Assembly: GCA_038087875.1 (NCBI GenBank)
Contig: JAXLNO010005735.1
Location: forward strand, 62,001-126,000
DNA from: Malacoraja senta
Lineage: Eukaryota
Reading direction: 5' to 3'
Length of the DNA stretch: 64,000 bases
The position numbers and the translations under genes were made by a program. Shown here piece after piece: positions 1 through 12,439 of this stretch (position 1 is its first letter; every line of letters begins with the position of its first letter). Under the pieces are notes generated by a model, which ran no database searches, had not been told where the DNA came from, and was given only the letters and a program-made list of their open reading frames with translations.

Positions 1-208
1 ACTGAGGTTGTGTGGAAAACAAAGCATTTCACTATACACAGATACCTTGGGTACATGTGACAATAGAGTATCATTCAATCATTCTTTCATTCATCAGTCC
101 TATTCCTCCCAATTTATTTTCCATATAACACTGGCACCCATGGCCGCCAATGCTCCTTTGATTTTCTTTGCCATTTACGTGTGTTGATCTGGCTAATGGG
201 TTTTGTGA

Positions 209-525
209 AGTACAGCACAGTGGTGCAATGGTAGAGAGTTGCTGCCTCATAGCGCCAGAGACCCAGGTTCAATCCTGACTTCAGGTCTGTCTATGTGGAG
301 TTTGCACATTTTCACTGTGACCTAGTGGGTTTCCTCCAGGTGTTCCGGTTCCCTCCCACAACCCAAAGGCATGCAGCTTTGTAGGTTAATTGGCCTATGT
401 AAATTGCCCCTAGTGTATAAAGAGTGGACAAGAAAGTGGAATAACTAGAGTGAATGGGAGATCAATGGTCAGCATGGACTCAGTGGGCCGAAAGGCCTGT
501 TTCCGCTATAACTCTAAACTAACCT
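209..525 (+). mobile_element. tRNA-derived HE1-like V-SINE
   Basis: Head gtggtgca..ggtagag.gttgctgcctcat, B-box-like ggttcaatcc, central domain, tail gggccgaa.ggcctgtttcc...ctctaaactaa. Confidence 0.8.
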
Positions 526-1394
526 TAAAACCCACTAAAATTACTGATTTATTGCAAGTAGCTAGATTCAAAACTATTTAAACTACTGAAGACGGGTCCT
601 GACTCAAAACATTACCTGTCCATTCCAGCCACAGATGCTGCCTGACTCACTGAGTTCCTCCAGTATTTCATTGCTCAAGATTCCAACATGTCTCGATATA
701 TAACTACTTGTTTGAATAACACTGTTGTTTCGTATTTTTATGATCTTTTTACGGTAGAATTGCATGCTGAAATGTTCATACCTTGAACATAGTTGAAAAG
801 GACAGTAATTCATTAATGCATGCAGGAATAGTATTATTAAAATTGACTTTAGTAAAATACCGAATACACTGGCAATATGCAGTAGGTCAGGCCGCATCTG
901 TGGGCAGGAAAGCAGAGCTAATGTTTCAGGCCAGAGACCCTTCAGGACTGGGAAGGAGGAGAAAGAAGAAAGGGGGAACTGAAGATGCTGGTTAACATAA
1001 AAAGATACAGTGTTGGAATAACTCAGTGGGACAGGCAGCATTACTGGAGAGCGTGGGATGCTAAGGTTTTGGGTCAGGACCATTCTTCAAACTGATTGTG
1101 GGGGTAAATAAAGCTAGAAGAGAGGAAGGGCAGAACAAAGTATGGCAGATGATAGGTGATAGATACCAAAATGAGAGAGCAGTCCTGAACTACTATCTGC
1201 ATCATTGGTGACCCTCGTACTTTCTTTGATCGGACTTTACTGGCTTTACATTGCACTAAATGTTATTCCCTCATCATGTATCTCTACACTGTAAATTGTT
1301 AGTTTGTAATCATGTATTGTCTTTACGCTGACTGGTTAGCAGGCAACAAAAGCTTTTCACTGTACCTCTGTACACGTAACAATAAACTAAACTA

Positions 1395-2470
1395 AAATGT
1401 TGCAGAGAGGATTTTCCGACAGGCAAATGATTGGACAAAGGCCAGAGATGAAAAGACAAAAGGAATTAAAGAATGGTGAATTGTGAAAATAGAGGAATGG
1501 ATGAAGGGGACGGGGGAGGGCAGAAATAGATGCAAGTCCAGATGGGGCACAGGGGAGGGCAAGAAATGGGGGGGTAGGTTACCTAAAATTCTCATCACTT
1601 CCCACCCGAACCATCGCATCCCAGGTAATCTCCCTTGCAACTGCGGATGTAACATCTATTCCTGTACCTCCTCTGTGGTCTGCCTCGAGGGACCACAGCA
1701 GCCCTTCTAGGTGAGACGAGGTTCATGTACACCTTCTCTAAACTGATCTATTGCATCCGGTGTTCCCAATGTGGCCTTCTGTATATCGACGAGACCAAGC
1801 ATTGACTCCACGACCATTTCGCCGAAAATATGCACTTGATCTGCCATGGACTTCTGCACTGGATCTCCTGGTTGCTAACCATTTGAACTTCCTTTCCCAT
1901 TGCCATATTGACCTTTCTGTTTTGGGTCTCCTCCATTGCCAGTGTGAGGTCACATGCAAACAGCCCCTAACATTCTTCTTGGGTAGCTTTCAACCTGATG
2001 GTGTGAACATTGAACTCGCCAAATTTAGGACACCTAAGCCCTACTCTCCTCCTCCTCCCCTTTCTCCCCCACACCCATATTTCTCCCCACTGTTGCCCCC
2101 CCTCCCCTGTAGCACACCTGGACTAGCACCTATTTCCCTCCTCATCCCCTTCCTTCTAAATTTGCCATTTGCAACTTTTCAATTATTTTGTTGCGCACCT
2201 TCTGTATTTTTAACTCTGGCCCTTGTCCAATAATCTCCCTATCAACTCCCCCCATTACCGCCTCCTCACCTATGTCCACATATTACCTGCCCCTTCTTTC
2301 ATCCAGTTAATTTCATCTCCCCCTCCCCCTTCCCCCTCTACAATGCCCATACCAACCCGCCCCCCAACCTCCCACAATTAGTCTGAAGAAGGATCCTGTT
2401 CCACAACACCACATATCCATGTTTTCCAATGATACTGCCTGACCCGTCGAGTTGTCCCAGCACTTTGTGT
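1395..2470 (+). mobile_element. Degenerate Penelope-like element fragment (GIY-YIG remnant) with terminal repeat
   Basis: Around 1740-1800 it encodes LIYCIRCSQCGLLYIDETK, similar to the GIY-YIG ORFs at 9049 and 30135. It ends in the agtctgaagaagg... terminal repeat. Confidence 0.7.
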
Positions 2471-3029
2471 CTTTTTCCAGGAGAAAAAAAAGAAGCATGT
2501 TAAGCTGCAGGAAGTGTGGGGGAGGGAGAATGTCTTTCAATGATAGACACAGAAAGCTGGAGTAACTCAGCGGGACAGGCAGCATCTCTGGAGAGAAGGA
2601 ATGGGTAACGTTTCGGGTCGAGACCCCTTTTCAGACTTTCCAAGCCTTATCTGGTAGAATTTAATGAGATAGACATCTGTTTGTGGTCGAATGCATTATC
2701 TGAAAGCTGAATGTAAATTGTACTGTTAAGGCTTTACAATACGTCATTGGTAAAAATCTGCATGGATTGAGCATATGGGCTTAATTGTCCTCCTGCTTTG
2801 AAGGAAAGCTCACAGCATGTCTCAATTGCATGTCAACCTAGTATCATAAAAACAACTACTGTAGGAACTCAGGTGGTAGAGGAACATCTTTGTAAGAAGG
2901 AACTGCAGATGCTGGTTTACACTGAAGATAGACACAAAATGCTGGAGTAACTCAGTGCAGCATTTCTGGCAAAAAGAAATAGGTGACATTTCAGGTTGAG
3001 ACCTTTCCTCACATCTTCAAGAGTCAAGA

Positions 3030-3785
3030 GTATTATAGACAATAGACAATAGGTGCAGGAGTAGGCCGTTCGGCCCTTCGAGCCAGCACCACCATTCAAT
3101 GTGATCATGGCTGATCGTCCCCAATCAGTACCCCGTTCCTGCCTTCTCCCCATATCGCCTGACTCCGCTATTTTTAAGAGCCCTATCTAGCTCTCTCTTG
3201 AAAACATCCAGAGAACCTGCCTCCACCGCCCTCTGAGGCAGAGAATTCCACAGACTCACCACTCTCTCTGATAAAAAGTGTTTCCTCGTCTCCGTTCTAA
3301 ATGGCTTACTCCTTATTCTTAAACTGTGGCACCTGGTTCTGGACTCCCCCAACATCGGGAACATGTTTCCTGCCTCTAGCGTGTCCAAGCCCTTAACAAT
3401 CTTATATGTTTCAATGAGATCCCCTCTCATCCTTCTAAACTCCAGAGTGTACAAGCCCAGCTGCTCCATTCTCTCAGCATATGACAGTCCCGCCATCCCG
3501 AGAATTAACTTTGTAAACCTACGCTGCACTCCCTCGATAGCAAGAATGTCCTTCCTCAAATTAGGGGACCAAAACTGCACACAATACTCCAGGTGTGGTC
3601 TCACTGGGGCTCTGTACAACTGCAGAACGACCTCTTTGCTCCTATATTTGATTCCTCTTGTTATAAAGGCCAACATGCCATTCGCTCTCTTCACTGCCTG
3701 CTGTACCTGCATGCTTACTTTCATAGACTGATGTACAAGGACCCCCAGATCCCGTTGTACTTCCCCTTTTCCCAACTTGACTCCA
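3030..3785 (-). mobile_element. CR1 LINE 3' fragment
   Basis: ORF 3125-3847 carries the CR1 RT C-terminus (LYRAPVRPHLEYCVQFWSP...RTRCHSLR...FLSERVVSLWNSLP) and a (tctattg)n-type tail. Confidence 0.9.
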
Positions 3786-3955
3786 GTTAGATAGTGTTTT
3801 ATTGTCATATGTCCCAGATAGGACAATGAAATTCTTACTTGCTGCACAACAGAAGGGAATGGAATTTGGAGGGAATTAAGTTTTTCACAATGATTTTTAA
3901 CTGGTACAGTAAGTCACTTCTATTATTCATAAACCATTTGCTGGAGTATGTAGCA

Positions 3956-5530
3956 ATGTTACAAAATTTTGAGATTTTAAAAATCAAGTCTGCAATTTAT
4001 CCCATCAGATAAAGCATAAAAGAAGTTTAATTTGACACCTAATTCACTTTCATATCTTCAGTATTAAAAAAGTTATGGCCATTTTCATACTCGTAAATTA
4101 GTATCTTGTTCCCTATTGCTTTTCCATTGACTTAACACAAAAGCTGTGATCGAGGACAGTCAAAAGCCCATAACGTTCTTAGAAATTAAAGGCCTGTCTC
4201 ACGAGTTTGCGATCATTGGCGGTGAAACAGGAAGTTTCTACCGCTCGTGGACCGCCAGAGACCGCGGGTTCGGTCAAACGCACTCTGCCGGGGCCGTGCG
4301 GCGTTGGTCCAGTGCGGCACGAGCGCCGTGAGTCCAACTTTCACCGCCACAGCCGCCGCCAGTGAGGCAAGTGTGCGGCACGGGCACCGCCACAGCCGCC
4401 GCCAGTGAGGCACGTGTGCGGCACGGGCACTGCCACAGCCGCCGTCACAGCGCCGCGATCACCACTACCGCCGCCACAGCCCCGCGATACGAAATGACGT
4501 CATCGCGTAGCGCGTCGCATTGCGCGATAATGTCATAGCGTAGCGCGTCGCGTTGCGTGATGTCGTCATCACCCGACGCCGCAGGCTCGTGGAACCGGCC
4601 GTAAGGAGATCACTCGGCCCCCGCGCAGCATCCGTGCGGCGCTCTCGCGGTTGTCATGCGGTCCCCTCTTCCGGCGACGCCGCGCTTCACCGCCAATGAC
4701 CGCAAACCTGTGGGACAGAGCCTTAAAGAGAACTTAATGAAATTTTCAGTTATTATAGATTGAAGCATTCTGAAACAAATATGAAACAATCTTACTTAGA
4801 TGACCTGAAATTAAAGCATATAATTAGTTAGTTACCCAATTGTAGCTAATTACAAAATTCAATTACTAGATCTAAATATCTATCCATTTCTTAAGAAAAA
4901 GTTAACATTTTTAAAAAGCCTAAGTGTCCAAATAACATTCACACAAGAATTCACAATAAAACATTATTTTTTAATCTCATTGTTATTAATTTATAGGCCA
5001 AATGGAAGGAATTTAGTGTTTAATTCCTGTAAATTAATGGCCATTTAAATCATCTTGCGAGTGGGATTTTGTGGAACGCGCTGGTTTGGAACGTTGCGGT
5101 TACACTGAATTAAACCCCAATATCGGCAGGAAAAATACTGCCGGTTGGTATATTTACATAATCACATTTTCGCAACTTGAAATTTTTATTAAAGGCATCC
5201 TAAGAAGCAAGTTTATATGAAAAAATAAACGGTGTACCTTGCCTTGTCCCGTGCGTGAAATCCGTCCCGTTGTCGGCGTTGACGGCATTTGAAGATGATT
5301 TTAATTTTACTCCAACAATTAAATTATAAAGCGCTAATTTTAATGAACTTAATAAAACGGCAGTCGAAGCGATTTTTCTTCATCAACTATTTAACCTGTT
5401 CAAGATCGTTTAGAACAGGCTGCCGAAATATCGCATTTTAAACCCGCCCCCCTCTCAAAGGCGCCAAAGTCGCGCACACGGGCAGTGACAGAACTGCAGC
5501 GCCGCTGAAGGAAAGTTTTGTAACATACCT
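3956..5530. mobile_element. Unclassified non-autonomous DNA element with short TIRs
   Basis: atgttacaaaa (3956) and ttttgtaacat (5516-5526) are inverted. It is flanked by near-identical gagtatgtag(c/t)aat at 3944 and 5532, has no ORF, and is interrupted by a Harbinger MITE. Confidence 0.55.
4190..4723. mobile_element. PIF/Harbinger MITE
   Basis: TAA on both flanks, imperfect ~40 bp TIRs (aggcctgtctcac.gagtttgcgatcattggcggtgaa / ttcaccgccaatgaccgcaaacctgtgggacagagcct), GC/CpG-rich interior with short tandem repeats. Confidence 0.8.
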
Positions 5531-5644
5531 AGAGTATGTAGTAATATTTTCAAAACAATATTTGAAATGACATAAGACCAAGACTGCATGAGAAGTCATC
5601 TTCTGATACAGTTTAGGATTTGGCAGGAAATGCTAAAAATATGG

Positions 5645-5940
5645 TTTGGCACGGTGGTGCAGCGGCTGATCTGCTGCCTTACAGCGCAAGGACCCGGGTT
5701 TGATCCTGACTACGGTTTCAGTCTGCAAGGAGTTTGTACGTACTTCCTATGACAGGCGCAGGTTTCCTCCGGGTGCTCCGGATTCCTCCCACACTCCAAT
5801 GACATACCAATTTGCTCAGTAAAATTCTAAATTGTCCCAAGCGTGCATAGAATAGTGATAGTGTGCGGGGATTGCTGGTCGGCGAGGATTCGGTGGGCTG
5901 AAGGACCGGTTTCTGCGCTGTATCTCTAAATTAAACTAAA
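5645..5940 (+). mobile_element. HE1-like V-SINE
   Basis: Same head, core and ctctaaattaaactaaa tail as the other SINE copies. Confidence 0.8.
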
Positions 5941-7014
5941 TACCCAGAAAGCAAGGAAAAGTTCAAGCCTAAGGAGAGGAAATCTGAATTCACGTTCTAG
6001 ACCTTCATCATTTAATATGGCAACTAAATTGTTGCAACTCTATTTACCTCCACAGATGCTGTTGGATCATTTCCAACATGTTATATTTCTGTGTCAAGTT
6101 TATAGCAACATGTCATTATTTTACCTTATTTTCCACTGAAAATGGAAAGGTTGTTTGATAGATTTGTAATGTAATCATAGCCAAGAACATGGGTCTTTTG
6201 CTGATTAATATTGAGAGTCGAGTCCAGCAATACATTCCTCAGGGCTTGAGCAATTGTGCTCTTGACCTGCTGTGAATTTATCAGAGAGAAGAGTAAGGAT
6301 GTGTAAAAGTGTAGTTATGCCGGCTGAAGTATGTACATTTTTGAGATGGTAGAGAAAATGGGAAGATGAATCACTTCTGTTCAGAAGACATTTAACAAGG
6401 TTACACTTAAAGTGTTTATAAACATTTGTGAGGTAGGATCAGGTTATTTGACTGGAAGGTAATTTTCCCCAAGTGAATGTGGGTGGTGGGAAAATTGAGA
6501 GAGGAGATTAATTGGAATGTGAGATTTACATGGAAACATAGAAAATACTGTAGGTGCAGGAGTAGGCACGTAAGCCAGACCCGTTTAACCCCCTGGAGAT
6601 GGTCTGTAGTGATACCTTCAAACGAGGTTTTATGTAACTAACAATATTGCTAGTTCAGAGTCTATAAGGCTCTTAGGGACCTTAACATTCTGGTGTAGAT
6701 GTGTGACCCCACACAACCCAAGGTCCATGGGATATGCAAACATCTAGTTTGACCTTATGCCCCTGGTCTACTCTGCTTGACTAAGTCATAAACATAAAAC
6801 CTTATTATTGCCCGCAGATCTTCCTTCCTATGCGCCATGAGCATAATCACTAGTAAGGGAGTTTGACCAAGGACAGGGATGTAGCTGGAGCCCACCGGCG
6901 AATTGACGTAGCACAATGTTAACAACCCATATCTCTACGTCCCTAGGCCTGGGAGGTTTTGAGTTGAAGATACCCTTCATAATCTAGATGTCAGAAGGTG
7001 AAGACTGCGCCAGC

Positions 7015-7250
7015 ACGCATGCTGATCATCCAAAATCAGTACCCCGTTCCTGCTTTTTACCCATACCCTTGATTCCATTAGCCCTAAGAGCTAAATCTAA
7101 CTCTATCTTGAAAACATCCAGTGAATTGGTCTCCACTGCCTTCTGTGGCAGAGAAGACCACAGATATACAACTCTCTGGGTGAAAACGTTTTTCCTTATC
7201 TCATTCCTAAATGGTCTATCCCTTATTTTTAAACTATGACACAAGTTTCT
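7015..7250 (-). mobile_element. CR1 3' fragment
   Basis: ORF 7026-7289 RPFRNEIRKNVFTQRVVYLWSSLP...ANGIKG matches the CR1 3' end. Confidence 0.8.
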
Positions 7251-7304
7251 GTGTTCGATGACTTTATTCTCCTCAGTGATTTGATGCACACGTTAATAGT
7301 TTAG

Positions 7305-7640
7305 TTTAGAGATATAGAGCAGAAACAGGCCCTTTGGCCCACCGAGTCTGCACCGGACAGCGATTCCCACACCTTAACGCTACCCTACACACAAACCTGG
7401 GACAATTTAATATTTACACCAAGCCCATTAACCTATAAACATGTATGTCTTTGGAGTGTGGGAGGAAATCGATGGTCTTGGAGAAAACCCATGCAGATCA
7501 CAGGGAGAACGTACAAACTCCATACAGACAGCACCTATAGTTAGGATCGAACCCGGGTCTCTGGCACTGTGAGGCAGTCACTCTACCAGGTCTACAGAAC
7601 CTGGGTCTCTGGCACTGTGAGGTAGTCACTCTACCTCTAC
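7305..7640 (-). mobile_element. HE1-like V-SINE with a duplicated 5' segment
   Basis: Reverse complement of the SINE consensus. gggtctctggcactgtgagg.agtcactctacc occurs twice at about 7555-7635. Confidence 0.78.
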
Positions 7641-7679
7641 TGCACCGTGCCACCCATAATAGTGCTGCCCAAAAGTCAA

Positions 7680-8590
7680 GAGAGTTTTTTTGTCATGTGT
7701 CCCAGATAGGACAATGAATTCTTGCTTGCTGCAGCACAACAGAATATGTAAACATAATACAGAGATAAAAGTTCAGTGTGTTTATATACCATAGACCATA
7801 TATATATACACAATAAATAAACAGATAAAGTGCAATAGGCTGTTATTGTTCAGAGTTTGTTTGATGTCGTGTTTAATAGCCTGATGGCTGTGGGGAAGAA
7901 GCTGTTCTTGAACCTGGATGTTCCAGATTTCAAGCTCCTGCACCTTCTTCCTGATGGCAACGGAGAGATGAGTGTGTGGCCAGGATGGTGCGGGTCTGTT
8001 GGCAGCCAGTTTGAGGCAGCGACTGCGATGGATCCCTTCGATGGAAGGGAGGTCAGAGCCGAAGATGGACTGGGCAGTAGTCACAAACTTTGTGGATTCT
8101 TTTCCGCTCCTGGACGTTCAAGTTGCCGAACCCAGCCACGATGCAACCAGTCAGCATGCTCTCTACTGTGCACCTGTAGATGTCCGAGAGAGTCCTCCTT
8201 GACATACCAACTCTCCGTAAACTTCTCAGGAAGTAGAGGCGCTGCTGTGCCTTCTTTATGATTGCATCAGTGTGTTGGGACCTGGAAAGATCTTCGGAAA
8301 TACGCACGCCCAGGAATTTGAAGTTCTTGACCCTTTCCACCATCGTCCCGGGATATAAACGGGATTGTGGGTTCCTATCCTACCTCTTCCAAAGTCCACA
8401 ATCAGTTCTTTGGTTTTACTGGTGTTGAAGGCCGGATTATTGTGCTGGCACCATTTGGTCAATCGGTCGATCTCACTAATATACTCTGACTCATCACCAT
8501 CAGTGATTCGTCCCACAACAGTGGTGTCGTCGGCGAACTTGATGATGGAGTTCGGACTACGTCTGGCTACGCAGTCATGAGTTTAGAGTG
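7680..8590 (-). mobile_element. Rex1/Babar-type LINE 3' fragment
   Basis: ORFs 8256-8516 and 8053-8343: TKELIVDF...VERVKNFKFLGVRISEDLS...KAQQRLYFLRSLRR...YRCTVESMLT, typical of the Rex1/Babar RT C-terminus. Confidence 0.85.
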
Positions 8591-8924
8591 AGTACAGAAG
8601 AACAGTTTTCTTGTTTTTCAGTCATCAATATTCTCACTAGAATGGGCCATAAAAAAGTACTTCCTGTGGAAAAAGTTCAGTAACTTGGGGGAAAAATATT
8701 TAAACTAATTGGTCAACTAAATTGTAAAAGACAATGTGAAAAGAATACACATGTGATCCATGAACTAGTTCAAAGAGCTGCCTTGCCTCAGGCACCATCC
8801 ACTGAATGCTGCCGAGTGGTGTATTGTGGAATACTTTGTAAGATTGCATGGAATAAAAATATACATCAATCATAATTAATTTAAATGGCACAGAGGATGC
8901 CAGGTTTTATTTACACTCTGTTGT

Positions 8925-10975
8925 GTTAAAGAAGGAACTGCAGATGCTGGAAAATCGAAGGTACACAAAAATGCTGGAGAAACTCAGCGGGTGCAGCAGC
9001 ATCTGTGGAGCGAAGGAAATAGGCAACGTTTCGGGCCGAAACCCTTCTTCAGACTGAAAGGGGGTGGGGAGAAGAAAGGAAAAAAGGAAAAAATTTACGG
9101 TGTTGCTCGCTGTGGCCATGGAGGAGACCCAGGACAGAGAGGTCAGATACGGAATGGGAGGGGGAGTTGAAGTGCTGAGCCACCGGGAGGTCAAGTTGGT
9201 TATTGCGGACCGACCGGAGGTGTTCGTCGAAACGATCGCCAAGCCTCTGCTTGGTCTCACCGATGTAGATCAGCTGGCATCTAGAGCAGCGGATGCAATA
9301 GATGAGGTTGGAGGAGATGCAGGTGAACCTCTGTCGCACCTGGAACGACTGCTTGGGTCCTTGGATGGAGTCGAGGGGGGAGGTGAAGGGACAAGTGTTG
9401 CATCTCTTGCGGTTGCAAGGGAAAGTACCCGGGGAGGGGGTGGTACGGGAGGGAAGGGAAGAATTGACAAGGGAGTTACGGAGGGAGCGGTCTTTGCGGA
9501 AGGCAGACATGGGGGGAGATACATAGATACATAGAAAATAGGTGCAGGAGTAGGCCATTCGGCCCTTCGAGCCTGCACCGCCATTCAATATGATCATGGC
9601 TGATCCTCCAACTCAGTATCCCGTACCGGCCTTCTCTCCATACCCCCTGATCCCCTTAGCCACAAGGGCCACATCTAACTCCCTCTTAAATATAGCCAAT
9701 GACCTGGCCTCAACTACCCTCTGTGGCAGAGAGTTCCAGAGATTCACCACTCTCTGTGTGAAAAAGTTTTTCCTCATCTCGGTCTTAAAGGATTTCCCCC
9801 TTATCCTTAAGCTGTGACCCCTTGTCCTGGACTTCCCCAACATCGGGAACAATCTTCCTGCATCTAGCCTGTCCAACCCCATAAGAATTTTGTACGTTTC
9901 TATAAGATTCCCTCTCAATCTCCTAAATTCTAGCGAGTATAAGCCAAGTCTATCCAGTCTTTCTTCATATGAAAGTCCTGACATCCCAGGAATCAGTCTG
10001 GTGAACCTTCTCTGCACTCCCTCTATGGCTATAATGTCCTTCCTCAGATTTGGAGACCAAAACTGTACGCAATACTCCAGGTGTGGTCTCACCAAGACCC
10101 TGTACAACTGCAGTAGAACCTCCCTGCTCCTATACTCAAATCCTCTTGCTATGAAGGCCAACATACCATTCGCTTTCTTCACTGCCTGCTGCACCTGCAT
10201 GCCTACTTTCAATGACTGGTGTACCATGACACCCAGGTCTCGCTGCATCTCCCCATTTCCTAATCGGCCACCATTTAGATAATAGTCTGCCTTCCCGTTC
10301 TTGCCACCAAAGTGGATAACCTCACATTTATCCACATTATACTGCATCTGCCAAACATTTGCCCACTCACCCAGCCTATCCAAGTCACCTTGCAGTCTCC
10401 TAGCATCCTCCTCACAGCTAACACTGCCCCCCAGCTTAGTGTCATCCGCAAACTTGGAGATGTTGCTTTCAATTCCCTCGTCCAGATCATTAATATAAAT
10501 TGTAAATAGCTGGGGTCCCAGCACTGAGCCTTGCGGTACCCCACTAGTCACTGCCTGCCATTGTGAAAAGGACCCGTTTACTCCTACTCTTTGCTTCCTG
10601 TTTGCCAGCCAGTTCTCTATCCACATCAATACTGAACCCCCAATACCGTGTGATTTAAGTTTGTATCTTAAATCACACGGGAAGATGTGGCGAGTGGTGG
10701 GGTCACGTTGGAGGTGGCGAAACTGACGGAGGATCACTTGTTGTATGTGACGGCTGGTGGGGTGAAAGGTGAGGACTAGGGGGACTCTGCCCTTGTTGTG
10801 AGTGGGGGGATGGGGAGAGAGAGCAGTGTTGCGGGGTATGGCAGAGACCCTGGTGCGAGCCTCATCTATGGTGGAGGAGGGGAACCCCCGTTCCCTGAAG
10901 AATGAGGACACTTCAGATGCCCTGGTGTGGAACGCCTCATCCTGGGAGCATATGCGGCGTAGACGGAGGAATGTT
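8925..10975 (-). mobile_element. Penelope-like element (RT C-terminus + GIY-YIG + terminal repeat), interrupted by CR1
   Basis: MSSFFRERGFPSSTIDEA...RVPLVLTFHP...HIFP (10681-10911) continues as SPPMSAFRKDRSLRNSLV...CNRKRCNTC...LIYCIRCSRCQLIYIGETKQRLGDRFDEH (9049-9520). Terminal repeat at about 8925-9060. Confidence 0.88.
9520..10680 (-). mobile_element. CR1 LINE 5'-truncated copy inserted in the Penelope element
   Basis: SGVPQGSVLGPQLFTIYINDLD...KFADDTKLGG...RPHLEYCVQFWSP; (tctatgta)n tail at about 9520-9540. Confidence 0.92.
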
Positions 10976-11054
10976 TACACTCTATTTGGAGACACAGAAC
11001 AATGCTGCACAAGGCACGATGTACAGGAAGGAACTACTGATGCTGGTTAAAACT

Positions 11055-11744
11055 CTCCAGTGAGTCCCTCAGCACGTACTCCTGCAGTCTGGAATGGACA
11101 GATGATGTTTTGGGTCAGACACTTCTTCAGACTGATTGTAATAGAAAGCTGAAAAAGAGATGTGGAGCTGGGACAAAGCCTGGCAAGTGATACAGGCGAT
11201 AAGACACAAAAAGCTGGTGTAACACAGGCAACATCTCTGGAGAGAAGGAATGGGTGATGTTTCTGGTCGAGACCCTTCTTCAGACCCTTTGTCACCTTTT
11301 CACCTCTAGCCGTTGCCACTTACTCCACCCGTCTACTTATCATAATCTGTTCTCAACTCGCACCAGCTTCTCGTTTTCACCCAACAAATAAATAACAATG
11401 GCCTGTTTTCCTTTATCATCGTTACATTTTTGCATATCTTTCATTCATTGTTCTTTATCTCTCAACATCATTGTCTATATCTCTTGTTTCCCTTATCCCC
11501 AACTAGTCTGAAGAAGAATCTCGACCTAAAAAGGCACCCATTCCTTCTCTCCAGAGATGTTGCCTGGCCCGCTGAGTTACTCCAGCATTTTATGTCTTAT
11601 CACCTGTATTACTTGCCAGGCTTTGTCCCAGCCCCACATCTCCTTTTCAGCTTTCTATTACAATCAGTCTGAAGAAGTGTCTGACCCAAAACATCATCTG
11701 TCCATTCCAGACTGCAGGACTACGTGCTGAGGGACTCACTGGAG
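11055..11744. repeat. Long inverted repeat of Penelope-type terminal sequences
   Basis: Arms 11055-11285 and 11506-11744 are reverse complements (e.g. ctccagtgagtccctcagcacgta / tacgtgctgagggactcactggag). Confidence 0.85.
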
Positions 11745-12439
11745 CTTGTTGCAGCCAACACCAAGGCTCAGTGGAGGTCTACAGTCTAGGGTCCTTCGTG
11801 GCAATACATTGGGGGGCTGCAACTGGTGAAGACGCCCCCTCAAACAAGGGAAGGGCTATTAACCCAGGAGGGCTATACGAGTGCCAAGGGTGCTTGATAT
11901 AAGGGTAGTTTGTGAACACAACCAAAAATAACCGTAATTAATTCATGTGTGGACACTGAGAATGGCAGAAACGTTGTTTGCCCTGTTCTTATTTTGTATA
12001 CATTTCATTATTCTGAATAATATTTATCCTTGGTGGGGAAAACATCCCTCCAGATATTACCTGACCTGCTGAGTCCCTGCAGCCCTTTGTGTTTTGCAGT
12101 GGATAGTATATATGATGTGGATGTGAATATTGGTGGTTTGATTAGTAGGTTTACAGATGACATGTACATTGAAGAAGGTTGTCTATGGATCCAGTGGGAT
12201 ACAGATTAGCTGGAGAGCTGGATGGAGCAATAGCAGAAGGAATGTAATCCAGACATGTGTGAAGTTGTGCGTGTGGGCATGTCATGTTCTGGTAGGACAT
12301 AAACGGTAAGAACCTGAGGGGTGTTAATATACAGAGTGTCCTTGGGTTGCAAGTTCATTGATACGTGAAAATGCCTACAAGGGTAGACAGGAAAGCAAAA
12401 AATGCACTTTGGCATGTTTGTCCACTTAGACAGAGAAAC

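Noticed and set aside
209-300. tRNA genes at SINE heads
   Set aside because: tRNA-like A/B boxes continue into SINE bodies and tails, with no full cloverleaf.
9613-10911. 432-aa ORF as a host gene
   Set aside because: It is a Penelope-CR1 junction artefact.
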